64,000 nt of DNA, from the NCBI GenBank assembly GCA_046563655.1, contig JAJCTO010000009.1:1116001-1180000 (forward strand), read 5' to 3'. This stretch comes from Yuukianura sp. NJ FZ-2021 (taxonomy: Eukaryota). The notes under the pieces were generated by a model, which worked only from the letters and a program-made list of their open reading frames with translations, did no database searches and was not told the origin of the DNA. A program made the position numbers and the translations under genes. Below are positions 13,501 to 27,399 of the stretch, piece after piece; within the stretch, counting starts at the first letter, position 1, and every line of letters begins with the position of its first letter.

Positions 13501-16500
13501 TATTTTTGAAATCCTCATTAAAAGTGCTACAGGAACCCACTTTCACTTGCTGTGTCGTCCCTCATCTAGTTACCTTTATTTATGAAAATTCATGTTTCAA
13601 AACAAAGAATTCAAAAGAAATGCATTCCGGAACGATGCTGGGTAAAAGTCAACTATATTTTTGAAACCTCATAAAAAGGGCTACAGGAACCCACTTTCAC
13701 TTGCTGTGTCGTCCCTCATCTCGTGACTTTTTTTTATGAAAATTTGTTTCAAAACAAATCATTCGAAAAACCTGCACGCGGAGCGATGCCGGGTGAAAAT
13801 GTGTTACTTTTCTGAAATCCTCCTGAAAAGTACTACAGGAACCCAAGTTTAATTGGCGTGGAAAGATCGCAATTAAATCTGGTTAGAGCGTACTTAAAAG
13901 TTTGAATGAACCGCTCTGCCTCGGATTTTATCTTGGTTGGAATACGGCACCCAGGGCAATGTCGAGCACCATTTTGACGCAAAACGACTTAAATTTGTGA
14001 GAATGAACATGCAAATGTGAGAATGAACAGAAAGTAATATATATTTTTGAAATCCTCATTAAAAGTGCTACAGGAACCCACTTTCACTTGCTGTGTCGTC
14101 CCTCATCTAGTTACCTTTATTTATGAAAATTCATGTTTCAAAACAAAAAATTCAAAAGAAATGCATTCCGGAACGACGCTGGGTATAAGTCAACTATATT
14201 TTTGAAATCCTCATAAAAAAGGCTACAGAAACCCACTTTCACTTGCTGTGTCGTCCCTCATCTAGTTACTTTTATTTATGAAAATTTGTTTCAAAACAAA
14301 TCATTCGAAAAACCTGCGCGCGGAGCGATGCCGGGTGAAAATGAGTTACTTTTCTGAAATGCTCCTGAAAAGTACTACAGGAACCCAAGTTTAGTTGGCG
14401 TGGATAGATCGCAATTAAATCTGGTTAGAGCGTACTTAAAAGTTTGAATGAACCGTTCTGCCTCGGATTTTATCTTTGGTTGGAATACGGCACCCAGGGC
14501 AATGTCGAGCACCATTTTGACGCAAAACGACTTAAATTTGTGAGAATCAACATGCAAATGTGAGAATGAACAGAAAGTAATATATATTTTTGAAATCCTC
14601 ATTAAAAGTGCTACAGGAACCCACTTTCACTTGCTGTGTCGTCCCTCATCTAGTTACCTTTATTTATAAAAATTCATGTTTCAAAACAAAGAATTCAAAA
14701 GAAATGCATTCCGGAACGATGCTGGGTAAAAGTCAACTACATTTTTGAAATCCTCATAAAAAGTGCTACAGGAACCCACTTTCACTTGCTGTGTCGTCCC
14801 TCATCTCGTGACTTTTTTTATGAAAATTTGTTTCAAAACAAATCATTCGAAAAACCTGCACGCGGAGCGATGCCGGGTGAAAATGAGTTACTTTTCTGAA
14901 ATCCTCCTGAAAAGTACTACAGGAACCCAAGTTTAATTGGCGTGGATAGATCGCAATTAAATCTGGTTAGAGCGTACTTAAAAGTTTGAATGAACCGTTC
15001 TGCCTCGGATTTTATCTTGGGTTGGAATACGGCACCCAGGGGAATGTCGAGCACCATTTTGACGCAAAACGACTTAAATTTGTGAGAATCAACATGCAAA
15101 TGTGAGAATGAACAGAAAGTACTATATATTTTTGAAATCCTCATTAAAAGTGCTACAGGAACCCACTTTCACTTGCTGTGTCGTCCCTCATCTAGTTACC
15201 TTTATTTATGAAAATTCATGTTTCAAAACAAAGAATTCAAAAGAAATGCATTCCGGAACGATGCTGGGTGAAAATGAGTTACTTTTCTGAAATCCTCCTG
15301 AAAAGTACTACAGGAACCCAAGTTTAATTGGCGTGGATAGATCGCAATTAAATCTGGTTAGAGCGTACTTAAAAGTTTGAATGAACCGTTCTGCCTCGGA
15401 TTTTATTTTGGGTTGGAATACGGCACCCAGGGCAATGTCGAGCACCATTTTGACGCAAAACGACTTAAACTTGTGAGAATGAATATGAAAATGTGAGAAT
15501 GAACAGAAAGTCAACTATATTATTGAAATCCTCATAAAAAGTGGTACAGGAACCCACTTTCACTTGCTGTGTCGTCCATCATCTTGTTACTTTATTTATA
15601 ACAATTCATGTTTCAAAACAAAGAATTCAAAAGAAATACATTCCGGAACGATGCTGGGTAAAAGTCAACTATATTTTTGAAATCCTCATAAAAAAGGGCT
15701 ACAGGAACCCACTTTCACTTGCTGTGTCGTCCCTCATCTCGTGACTTTTTATTTATGAAAATTTGTTTCAAAACAAATCATTCTAAAAACCTGCACGCGT
15801 AGCAATGCCGGGTGAAAATGAGTTACTTTTCTGAAATCCTCCTGAAAAGTACTACAGGAACCCAAGTTTAATTGGCGTGGATAGATCGCAATTAAATCTG
15901 GTTAGAGCGTACTTAAAAGTTTGAATGAACCGTTCTGCCTCGGATTTTATCTTGGGTTGGAATACGGCACCCAGGGCAATGTCGAGCACCATTTTGACGC
16001 AAAACGACTTAAATTTGTGAGAATCAACATGCAAATGTGAGAATGAACAGAAAGTAATATATATTTTTGAAATCCTCATTAAAAGTGCTACAGGAACCCA
16101 CTTTCACTTGCTGTGTCGTCCCTCATCTAGTTACCTTTATTTATGAAAATTCATGTTTCAAAACAAAGAATTCAAAAGAAATGCATTCCGGAACGATGCT
16201 GGGTAAAAGTCAACTATATTTTTGAAATCCTCATAAAAAAGGCTACAGGAACCCACTTTCACTTGCTGTGTCGTCCCTCATCTCGTGACTTTTTTTTATG
16301 AAAATTTGTTTCAAAACAAATCATTCGAAAAACCTGCACGCGGAGCGATGCCGGGTGAAAATGTGTTACTTTTCTGAAATCCTCCTGAAAAGTACTACAG
16401 GAACCCAAGTTTAATTGGCGTGGATAGATCGCAATTAAATCTGGTTAGAGCGTACTTAAAAGTTTGAATGAACCGTTCTGCCTCGGATTTTATCTTGGGT

Positions 16501-19500
16501 TGGAATACGGCACCCAGGGCAATGTCGAGCACCATTTTGACGCAAAACGACTTAAATTTGTGAGAATCAACATGCAAATGTGAGAATAAACAGAAAGTAA
16601 TATATATTTTTGAAATCCTCATTAAAAGTGCTACAGGAACCCACTTTCACTTGCTGTGTCGTCCCTCATCTAGTTACCTTTATTTATGAAAATTCATGTT
16701 TCAAAACAAAAAATTCAAAAGAAATGCATTCCGGAACGATGCTGGGTAAAAGTCAACTACATCTTTGAAATCCTCATAAAAAAGGCTACAGAAACCCACT
16801 TTCACTTGCTGTGTCGTCCCTCATCTAGTTACCTTTATTTATGAAAATTTGTTTCAAAACAAATCATTCGAAAAACCTGCGCGCGGAGCGATGCCGGGTG
16901 AAAATGAGTTACTTTTCTGAAATGCTCCTGAAAAGTACTACAGGAACCCAAGTTTATTTGGCGTGGATAGATCGCAATTAAATCTGGTTAGAGCGTACTT
17001 AAAAGTTTGAATGAACCGTTCTGCCTCGGATTTTATCTTGGGTTGGAATACGGCACCCAGGGCAATGTCGAGCACCATTTTGACGCAAAACGACTTAAAT
17101 TTGTGAGAATCAACATGCAAATGTGAGAATGAACAGAAAGTAATATATATTTTTGAAATCCTCATTAAAAGTGCTACAGGAACCCACTTTCACTTGCTGT
17201 GTCGTCCCTCATCTAGTAGTTACCTTTATTTATGAAAATTCATGTTTTAAAACAAAGAATTCAAAAGACATGCATTCCGGAACGATGCTGGGTATAAAAG
17301 TCAACTATATTTTTGAAATCCTCATAAAAAGGGCTACAGGAACCCACTTTCACTTGCTGTGTCGTCCCTCATCTCGTGACTTTTTTTATGAAAATTTGTT
17401 TCAAAACAAATCATTCGAAAAACCTGCACGCGGAGCGATGCCGGAGTGAAAATGTGTTACTTTTCTGAAATCCTCCTGAAAAGTACTACAGGAACCCAAG
17501 TTTAATTGGCGTTGGGATAGATCGCAATTAAATCTGGTTAGAGCGTACTTAAAAGTTTGAATGAACCGTTCTGCCTCGGATTTTATCTTGGGTTGGAATA
17601 CGGCACCCAGGGCAATGTCGAGCACCATTTTGACGCAAAACGACTTAAATTTGTGAGAATGAACATGCAAATGTGAGAATGAACAGAAAGTAATATATAT
17701 TTTTGAAATCCTCATTAAAAGTGCTACAGGAACCCACTTTCACTTGCTGTGTCGTCCCTCATCTAGTAGTTACCTTTATTTATGAAAATTCATGTTTTAA
17801 AACAAAGAATTCAAAAGAAATGCATTCCGGAACGATGCTGGGTAAAAGTCAACTATATCTTCGAAATCCCCATAAAAAGGGCTACAGGAACCCACTTTCA
17901 CTTGCTCATTCGAAAAACCTGCGCGCGGAGCGATGCCGGGTGAAAATGTGAGTTACTTTTCTGAAATCCTCCTGAAAAGTACTACAGGAACCAAGTTTAA
18001 TCTGTGCGTGGATAGATCGCAATTAAATCTGGTTAGAGCGTACTTACAAGTCTGAATGAACCGCTCTGCCTCGGATTTTACCTTGGGTTGGAATACGGCA
18101 CCCAGGGCAATGTCGAGCACCATTTTGACGCAAAACGACTTAAATTTGTGAGAATGAACATGCAAATGTGAGAATGAACAGAAAGTAATATATATTTTTG
18201 AAATCCTCATAAAAAGTGCTACAGGAACCCACTTTCACTTGCTGTGTCGTCCCTCATCTTGTTACCTTTATTTATGAAAATTCATGTTTCGAAACAAAGA
18301 ATTCAAAAGAAATGCATTCCGGAACGATGCTGGGTAAAAGTCAACTATATTTTTGAAATCCTCATAAAAAGGGCTACAGCAACCCACCTTCACTTCCTGT
18401 GTCGTCCATCATCTTGTTACTTTATTTATGAAAATTCATGTTTCAAAACAAAGAATTCAAAAGAAATACATTCCAGAACGATGCTGGGTAAAAGTCAACT
18501 ATATTTTTGAAATCCTCATAAAAAGTGCTACAGGAACCCACTTTCACTTGCTGTTTCGTCCATCATCTCGTGACTTTTATTTATGAAAATTTGTTTCAAA
18601 ACAAAAACAAATCATTCGAAAAACCTGCACGCGGAGCGATGCCGGGTGAAAATGTGTTACTTTTCTGAAATCCTCCTGAAAAGTACTACAGGAACCCAAG
18701 TTTAATTGGCGTGGATAGATCGCAATTAAATCTGGTTAGAGCGTACTTAAAAGTTTGAATGAACCGTTCTGCCTCGGATTTTATCTTGGGTTGGAATACG
18801 GCACCCAGGGCAATGTCGAGCACCATTTTGACGCAAAACGACTTAAATTTGTGAGAATCAACATGCAAATGTGAGAATGAACAGAAAGTAATATATATTT
18901 TTGAAATCCTCATTAAAAGTGCTACAGGAACCCACTTTCACTTGCTGTGTCGTCCCTCATCTAGTTACCTTTATTTATGAAAATTCATGTTTCAAAACAA
19001 AGAATTCAAAAGAAATGCATTCCGGAACGATGCTGGGTAAAAGTCAACTATATTTTTGAAATCCTCATAAAAAGGGCTACAGGAGCCCTTTTTCACTTGC
19101 TGTGTTCGTCCCTCATCTCGTGACTTTTATTTATGAAAATTTGTTTCAAAACAAATCATTCGAAAAACCTGCACGCGGAGCGATGCCGGGTGAAAATGTG
19201 TTACTTTTCTGAAATCCTCCTGAAAAGTACTACAGGAACCCAAGTTTAATTGGAGTGGATAGATCGCAATTAAATCTGGTTAGAGCGTACTTAAAAGTTT
19301 GAATGAACCGCTCTGCCTCAGATTTTATCTTGGGTTGGAATACGGCACCCAGGGCAATATCGAGCACCATTTTGACGCAAAACGACTTAAACTTGTGAGA
19401 ATGAATATGCAAATGTGAGAATGAACAGAAAGTAATATATATTTTTGAAATCCTCATAAAAAAGTGCTACAGGAACCCACTTTCACTTGCTGTGTCGTCC

Positions 19501-22500
19501 CTCATCTAGTTACCTTTATTTATGAAAATTCATGTTTCAAAACAAAGAATTCAAAAGAAATGCATTCCAGAACGATGCTGGGTAAAAGTCAACTATATTT
19601 TTGAAATACTCATAAAAAGGGCTACAGGAACCCACTTTCACTTGCTGTGTCGTCCCTCATCTCGTGACTTTTTTTTATGAAAATTTGTTTCAAAACAAAT
19701 CATTCGAAAAACCTCCACGCGGAGCGATGCCGGGTGAAAATGTGTTACTTTTCTGAAATCCTCCTGAAAAGTACTACAGGAACCCAAGTTTAATTGGCGT
19801 GGATAGATCGCAATTAAATCTGGTTAGAGCGTACTTAAAAGTTTGAATGAACCGTTCTGCCTCGGATTTTATCTTGGGTTGGAATACGGCACCCAGGGCA
19901 ATGTCGAGCACCATTTTGACGCAAAACGACTTAAATTTGTGAGAATGAACATGCAAATGTGAGAATGAACAGAAAGTAATATATATTTTTGAAATCCTCA
20001 TTAAAAGTGCTACAGGAACCCACTTTCACTTGCTGTGTCGTCCCTCATCTTAGTTACCTTTATTTATGAAAATTCATGTTTCAAAACAAAGAATTCAAAA
20101 GAAATACATTCCAGAACGATGCTGGGTAAAAGTCAACTATATTTTTGAAATACTCATAAAAAGGGCTACAGGAACCCACTTTCACTTGCTGTGTCGTCCC
20201 TCATCTCGTGACTTTTTTTTATGAAAATTTGTTTCAAAACAAATCATTCGAAAAACCTGCACGCGGAGCGATGCCGGGTGAAAATGTGTTACTTTTCTGA
20301 AATCCTCCTGAAAAGTACTACAGGAACCCAAGTTTAATTGGCGTGGATAGATCGCAATTAAATCTGGTTAGAGCGTACTTAAAAGTTTGAATGAACCGCT
20401 CTGCCTCAGATTTTATCTTGGGTTGGAATACGGCACCCAGGGCAATGTCGAGCACCATTTTGACGCAAAACGACTTAAATTTGTGAGAATGAACATGCAA
20501 ATGTGAGAATGAACAGAAAGTAATATATATTTTTGAAATCCTCATTAAAAGTGCTACAGGAACCCACTTTCACTTGCTGTGTCGTCCCTCATCTAGTTAC
20601 CTTTATTTATGAAAATTCATGTTTCAAAACAAAGAATTCAAAAGAAATACATTCCAGAACGATGCTGGGTAAAAGTCAACTATATTTTTGAAATACTCAT
20701 AAAAAGGACTACAGGAACCCACCTTCACTTGCTGTGTCGTCCCTCATCTCGTGACCTTTTTTTATGAAAATTTGTTTCAAAACAAATCATTCGAAAAACC
20801 TCCACGCGGAGCGATGCCGGGTGAAAATGTGTTACTTTTCTGAAATCCTCCTGAAAAGTACTACAGGAACCCAAGTTTAATTGGCGTGGATAGATCGCAA
20901 TTAAATCTGGTTAGAGCGTACTTAAAAGTTTGAATGAACCGTTCTGCCTCGGATTTTATCTTGGGTTGGAATACGGCACCCAGGGCAATGTCGAGCACCA
21001 TTTTGACGCAAAACGACTTAAATTTGTGAGAATGAACATGCAAATGTGAGAATGAACAGAAAGTAATATATATTTTTGAAATCCTCATTAAAAGTGCTAC
21101 AGGAACCCACTTTCACTTGCTGTGTCGTCCCTCATCTAGTTACCTTTATTTATGAAAATTCATGTTTCAAAACAAAGAATTCAAAAGAAATGCATTCCGG
21201 AACGGTGCTGAATAAAAGTCAACTACATTTTTGAAATCCTCATAAAAAAGGCTACAGGAAACCCACTTTCGCTTGCTGTGTTGTCCTTCATCTCGTGACT
21301 TTTATTTATGAAAATTCATGTTTCAAAACAAATCATTCGAAAAACCTGCATTCCAACGATGCTATTCGAAAAAAAAAAAAGGCGCGGAGCGATGCCGGGT
21401 GAAAATGTGTTACTTTTCTGAAATCCTCCTGAAAAGTACTACAGGAACCCAAGTTTAATTGGCGTGGATAGATCGCAATTAAATCTGGTTAGAGCGTACT
21501 TAAAAGTTTGAATGAACCGTTCTGCCTCGGATTTTATCTTGGGTTGGAATACGGCACCCAGGGCAATGTCGAGCACCATTTTGACGCAAAACGACTTAAA
21601 TTTGTGAGAATGAACATGCAAATGTGAGAATGAACAGAAAGTAATATATATTTTTGAAATCCTCATAAAAAGTGCTACAGGAACCCACTTTCACTTGCTG
21701 TGTCGTCCCTCATCTTGTTACCTTTATTTATGAAAATTCATGTTTCAAAACAAATCATTCGAAAAACCTGCGCGCGGAGCGATGCCGGGTGAAAATGAGT
21801 TACTTTTCTGAAATGCCCCTGAAAAGTACTACAGGAACCCAAGTTTAATTGGCATGGATAGATCGCAATTAAATCTGGTTAGAGCGTACTTAAAAGTTTG
21901 AATGAACCGTTCTGCCTCGGATTTTATCTTGGGTTGGAATACGGCACCCAGGGCAATGTCGAGCACCATTTTGACGCAAAACGACTTAAATTTGTGAGAA
22001 TGAACATGCAAATGTGAGAATGAACAGAAAGTAATATATATTTTTGAAATCCTCATTAAAAGTGCTACAGGAACCCACTTTCACTTGCTGTGTCGTCCCT
22101 CATCTAGTTACCTTTATTTATGAAAATTCATGTTTCAAAACAAAGAATTCAAAAGAAATGCATTCCGGAACGATGCTGGGTAAAAGTCAACTATATTTTT
22201 GAAATCCTCATAAAAAGGGCTACAGGAACCCACTTTCACTTGCTGTGTCGTCCCTCATCTCGTGACTTTTATTATGAAAATTTGTTTCAAAACAAATCAT
22301 TCGAAAAACCTGCACGCGGAGCGATGCCGGGTGAAAATGTGTTACTTTTCTGAAATCCTCCTGAAAAGTACTACAGGAACCCAAGTTTAATTGGCGTGGA
22401 TAGATCGCAATTAAATCTGGTTAGAGCGTACTTAAAAGTTTGAATGAACCGTTCTGCCTCGGATTTTATCTTGGGTTGGAATACGGCACCCAGGGCAATG

Positions 22501-25500
22501 TCGAGCACCATTTTGACGCAAAACGACTTAAATTTGTGAGAATGAACATGCAAATGTGAGAATGAACAGAAAGTAATATATATTTTTGAAATCCTCATTA
22601 AAAGTGCTACAGGAACCCACTTTCACTTGCTGTGTCGTCCCTCATCTAGTTACCTTTATTTATGAAAATTCATGTTTCAAAACAAAGAATTCAAAAGAAA
22701 TGCATTCCGGAACGATGCTGGGTAAAAGTCAACTATATTTTTGAAATCCTCATAAAAAGGGCTACAGGAACCCACTTTCACTTGCTGTGTCGTCCCTCAT
22801 CTCGTGACTTTTTTTATGAAAATTTGTTTCAAAACAAATCATTCGAAAAACCTGCACGCGGAGCGATGCCGGGTGAAAATGTGTTACTTTTCTGAAATCC
22901 TCCTGAAAAGTACTACAGGAACCCAAGTTTAATTGGCGTGGATAGATCGCAATTAAATCTGGTTAGAGCGTACTTAAAAGTTTGAATGAACCGTTCTGCC
23001 TCGGATTTTATCTTGGGTTGGAATACGGCACCCAGGGCAATGTCGAGCACCATTTTGACGCAAAACGACTTAAATTTGTGAGAATGAACATGCAAATGTG
23101 AGAATGAACAGAAAGTAATATATATTTTTGAAATCCTCATTAAAAGTGCTACAGGAACCCACTTTCACTTGCTGTGTCGTCCCTCATCTAGTTACCTTTA
23201 TTTATGAAAATTCATGTTTCAAAACAAAGAATTCAAAAGAAATGCATTCCGGAACGATGCTGGGTAAAAGTCAACTATATTTTTGAAATCCTCATAAAAA
23301 GGGCTACAGGAACCCACTTTCACTTGCTGTGTCGTCCCTCATCTCGTGACTTTATTTATGAAAATTTGTTTCAAAACAAATCATTCGAAAAACCTGCGCG
23401 CGGAGCGATGCCGGAGTGAAAATGAGTTACTTTTCTGAAATGCTCCTGAAAAGTACTACAGGAACCCAAGTTTATTTGGCGTGGATAGATCGCAATTAAA
23501 TCTGGTTAGAGCGTACTTAAAAGTTTGAATGAACCGTTCTGCCTCGGATTTTATCTTGGGTTGGAATACGGCACCCAGGGCAATGTCGAGCACCATTTTG
23601 ACGCAAAACGACTTAAATTTGTGAGAATGAACATGCAAATGTGAGAATGAACAGAAAGTAATATATATTTTTGAAATCCTCATTAAAAGTGCTACAGGAA
23701 CCCACTTTCACTTGCTGTGTCGTCCCTCATCTAGTTACCTTTATTTATGAAAATTCATGTTTCAAAACAAAGAATTCAAAAGAAATGCATTCCGGAACGA
23801 TGCTGGGTAAAAGTCAACTATATTTTTGAAATACTCATAAAAAGGGCTACAGGAACCCACTTTCACTTGCTGTGTCGTCCCTCATCTCGTGACTTTTTTT
23901 TATGAAAATTTGTTTCAAAACAAATCATTCGAAAAACCTGCACGCGGAGCGATGCCGGGTGAAAATGTGTTACTTTTCTGAAATCCTCCTGAAAAGTACT
24001 ACAGGAACCCAAGTTTAATTGGCGTGGAAAGATCGCAATTAAATCTGGTTAGAGCGTACTTAAAAGTTTGAATGAACCGCTCTGCCTCGGATTTTATCTT
24101 GGGTTGGAATACGGCACCCAGGGCAATGTCGAGCACCATTTTGACGCAAAACGACTTAAATTTGTGAGAATGAACATGCAAATGTGAGAATGAACAGAAA
24201 GTAATATATATTTTTGAAATCCTCATTAAAAGTGCTACAGGAACCCACTTTCACTTGCTGTGTCGTCCCTCATCTAGTTACCTTTATTTATGAAAATTCA
24301 TGTTTCAAAACAAAGAATTCAAAAGAAATGCATTCCAGAACGATGCTGGGTAAAAGTCAACTATATTTTTGAAATACTCATAAAAAGGGCTACAGGAACC
24401 CACTTTCACTTGCTGTGTCGTCCCTCATCTCGTGACTTTTTTTTATGAAAATTTGTTTCAAAACAAATCATTCGAAAAACCTCCACGCGGAGCGATGCCG
24501 GGTGAAAATGTGTTACTTTTCTGAAATCCTCCTGAAAAGTACTACAGGAACCCAAGTTTAATTGGCGTGGATAGATCGCAATTAAATCTGGTTAGAGCGT
24601 ACTTAAAAGTTTGAATGAACCGTTCTGCCTCGGATTTTATCTTGGGTTGGAATACGGCACCCAGGGCAATGTCGAGCACCATTTTGACGCAAAACGACTT
24701 AAATTTGTGAGAATCAACATGCAAATGTGAGAATGAACAGAAAGTAAATATATATTTTTGAAATCCTCATTAAAAGTGCTACAGGAACCCACTTTCACTT
24801 GCTGTGTCGTCCCTCATCTAGTTACCTTTATTTATGAAAATTCATGTTTCAAAACAAAGAATTCAAAAGAAATGCATTCCGGAACGATGCTGGGTAAAAG
24901 TCAACTATATTTTTGAAATCCTCATAAAAAGGGCTACAGGAACCCACTTTCACTTGCTGTGTCGTCCCTCATCTCGTGACTTTTTTTTATGAAAATTTGT
25001 TTCAAAACAAATCATTCGAAAAACCTCCACGCGGAGCGATGCCGGGTGAAAATGTGTTACTTTTCTGAAATCCTCCTGAAAAGTACTACAGGAACCCAAG
25101 TTTAATTGGCGTGGATAGATCGCAATTAAATCTGGTTAGAGCGTACTTAAAAGTTTGAATGAACCGTTCTGCCTCGGATTTTATCTTGGGTTGGAATACG
25201 GCACCCAGGGCAATGTCGAGCACCATTTTGACGCAAAACGACTTAAATTTGTGAGAATCAACATGCAAATGTGAGAATGAACAGAAAGTAATATATATTT
25301 TTGAAATCCTCATTAAAAGTGCTACAGGAACCCACTTTCACTTGCTGTGTCGTCCCTCATCTAGTTACCTTTATTTATGAAAATTCATGTTTCAAAACAA
25401 AGAATTCAAAAGAAATGCATTCCGGAACGATGCTGGGTAAAAGTCAACTATATTTTTGAAATCCTCATAAAAAGGGCTACAGCAACCCACTTTCACTTCT

Positions 25501-25864
25501 TGTGTCGTCCATCATCTTGTTACCTTTATTTATGAAAATTTGTTTCAAAACAAATCATTCGAAAAACCTCCACGCAGAGCGATGCCAGGTGAAAATGAGT
25601 TACTTTTCTGAAATCCTTCTGAAAAGTACTACATGAACCCAAGCTTAATTGGAGTGGATAGATCGCAATTAAATCTGGTTAGAGCGTACTTAAAAGTTTG
25701 AATGAACCGTTCTGCCTCGGATTTTATCTTGGGTTGGAATACGGCACCCAGGGCAATGTCGAGCACCATTTTGACGCAAAACGACTTAAATTTGTGAGAA
25801 TGAACATGCAAATGTGAGAATGAACAGAAAGTAATATATATTTTTGAAATCCTCATTAAAAGTG

Positions 25865-26791
25865 CTACAGGAACCCACTTTCACTTGCTGTGTCGTCCCT
25901 CATCTAGTTACCTTTATTTATGAAAATTCATGTTTCAAAACAAAGAATTCAAAAGAAATGCATTCCGGAACGATGCTGGGTAAAAGTCAACTATATTTTT
26001 GAAATCCTCATAAAAAGGGCTACAGCAACCCACTTTCACTTGCTGTGTCGTCCCTCATCTAGTTACCTTTATTTATGAAAATTCATGTTTCAAAACAAAG
26101 AATTCAAAAGAAATGCATTCCGGAACGATGCTGGGTAAAAGTCAACTACACTTTTGAAATCCTCATAAAAAGTGCTACAGGAGCCCTTTTTCACTTGCTG
26201 TGTCGTCCCTTATCTTGTTACCATTATTTATGAAAATTCATGTTTCAAAACAAAGAATTCAAAAGAAATGCATTCCGGAACGATGCTGGGTAAAAGTCAA
26301 CTATATTTTTGAAATCCTCATAAAAAGTGCTACAGGAACCCACTTTCACTTGCTGTGTCGTCCCTCATCTTGTTACCTTTATTTATGAAAATTCATTTTT
26401 CAAAACAATGAATTCAAAAGAAATGCATTCCGGAACGATGCTGGGTAAAAGTCAACTATATTTTTGAAATCCTCATAAAAAAGGCTACAGGAACTCACTG
26501 TCACTTGCTGTGTCGTCCCTTATCTTGTTACCATTATTTATGAAAATTCATGTTTCAAAAAAAAGAGTTCAAAAGAAATGCATTCCGGAACGATGCTGGG
26601 TAAAAGTCAACTACATTTTTGAAATCCTCAGAAAAAGTGCTACAGAAACCCACTTTCACTTGCTGTGTCGTCCCTCATCTAGTTACCTTTATTTATGAAA
26701 ATTTGTTTCAAAACAAATCATTCGAAAAACCTGCGCGCGGAGCGATGCCGGGTGAAAATGTGTTACTTTTCTGAAATCCTCCTGAAAAGTA
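25865..26791 (+). repeat. Run of five B monomers plus one B/C monomer with no intervening A
   Basis: A-to-A spacing 25629 to 26792 is 1163 = 236 + 5x155 + 152. Confidence 0.9.
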
Positions 26792-27399
26792 CTACAGGAA
26801 CCCAAGTTTAATTGGAGTGGATAGATCGCAATTAAATCTGGTTAGAGCGTACTTAAAAGTTTGAATGAACCGCTCTGCCTCAGATTTTATCTTGGGTTGG
26901 AATACGGCACCCAGGGCAATATCGAGCACCATTTTGACGCAAAACGACTTAAATTTGTGAGAATGAACATGCAAATGTGAGAATGAACAGAAAGTAATAT
27001 ATATTTTTGAAATCCTCATTAAAAGTGCTACAGGAACCCACTTTCACTTGCTGTGTCGTCCCTCATCTAGTTACCTTTATTTATGAAAATTCATGTTTCA
27101 AAACAAAGAATTCAAAAGAAATGCATTCCGGAAAGATGCTGGGTAAAAGTCAACTATATTTTTGAAATCCTCATAAATTGGGCTACAGGAACCCACTTTT
27201 ACTTGCTGTGTCGTCCCTCATCTCGTGACTTTTTTTTATGAAAACTCATGTTTCAAAACAAATCATTCGAAAAACCTGCACGCGGAGCGATGCCGGGTGA
27301 AAATGTGTTACTTTTCTGAAATCCTCCTGAAAAGTACTACAGGAACCCAAGTTTAATTGGCGTGGATAGATCGCAATTAAATCTGGTTAGAGCGTACTT

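Noticed and set aside
21350..21385. Poly(A) insertion suggesting retroposition
   Set aside because: It is made of B/C fragments plus an extended A run in an error-prone region, with no clear target-site duplication; likely a consensus artefact.
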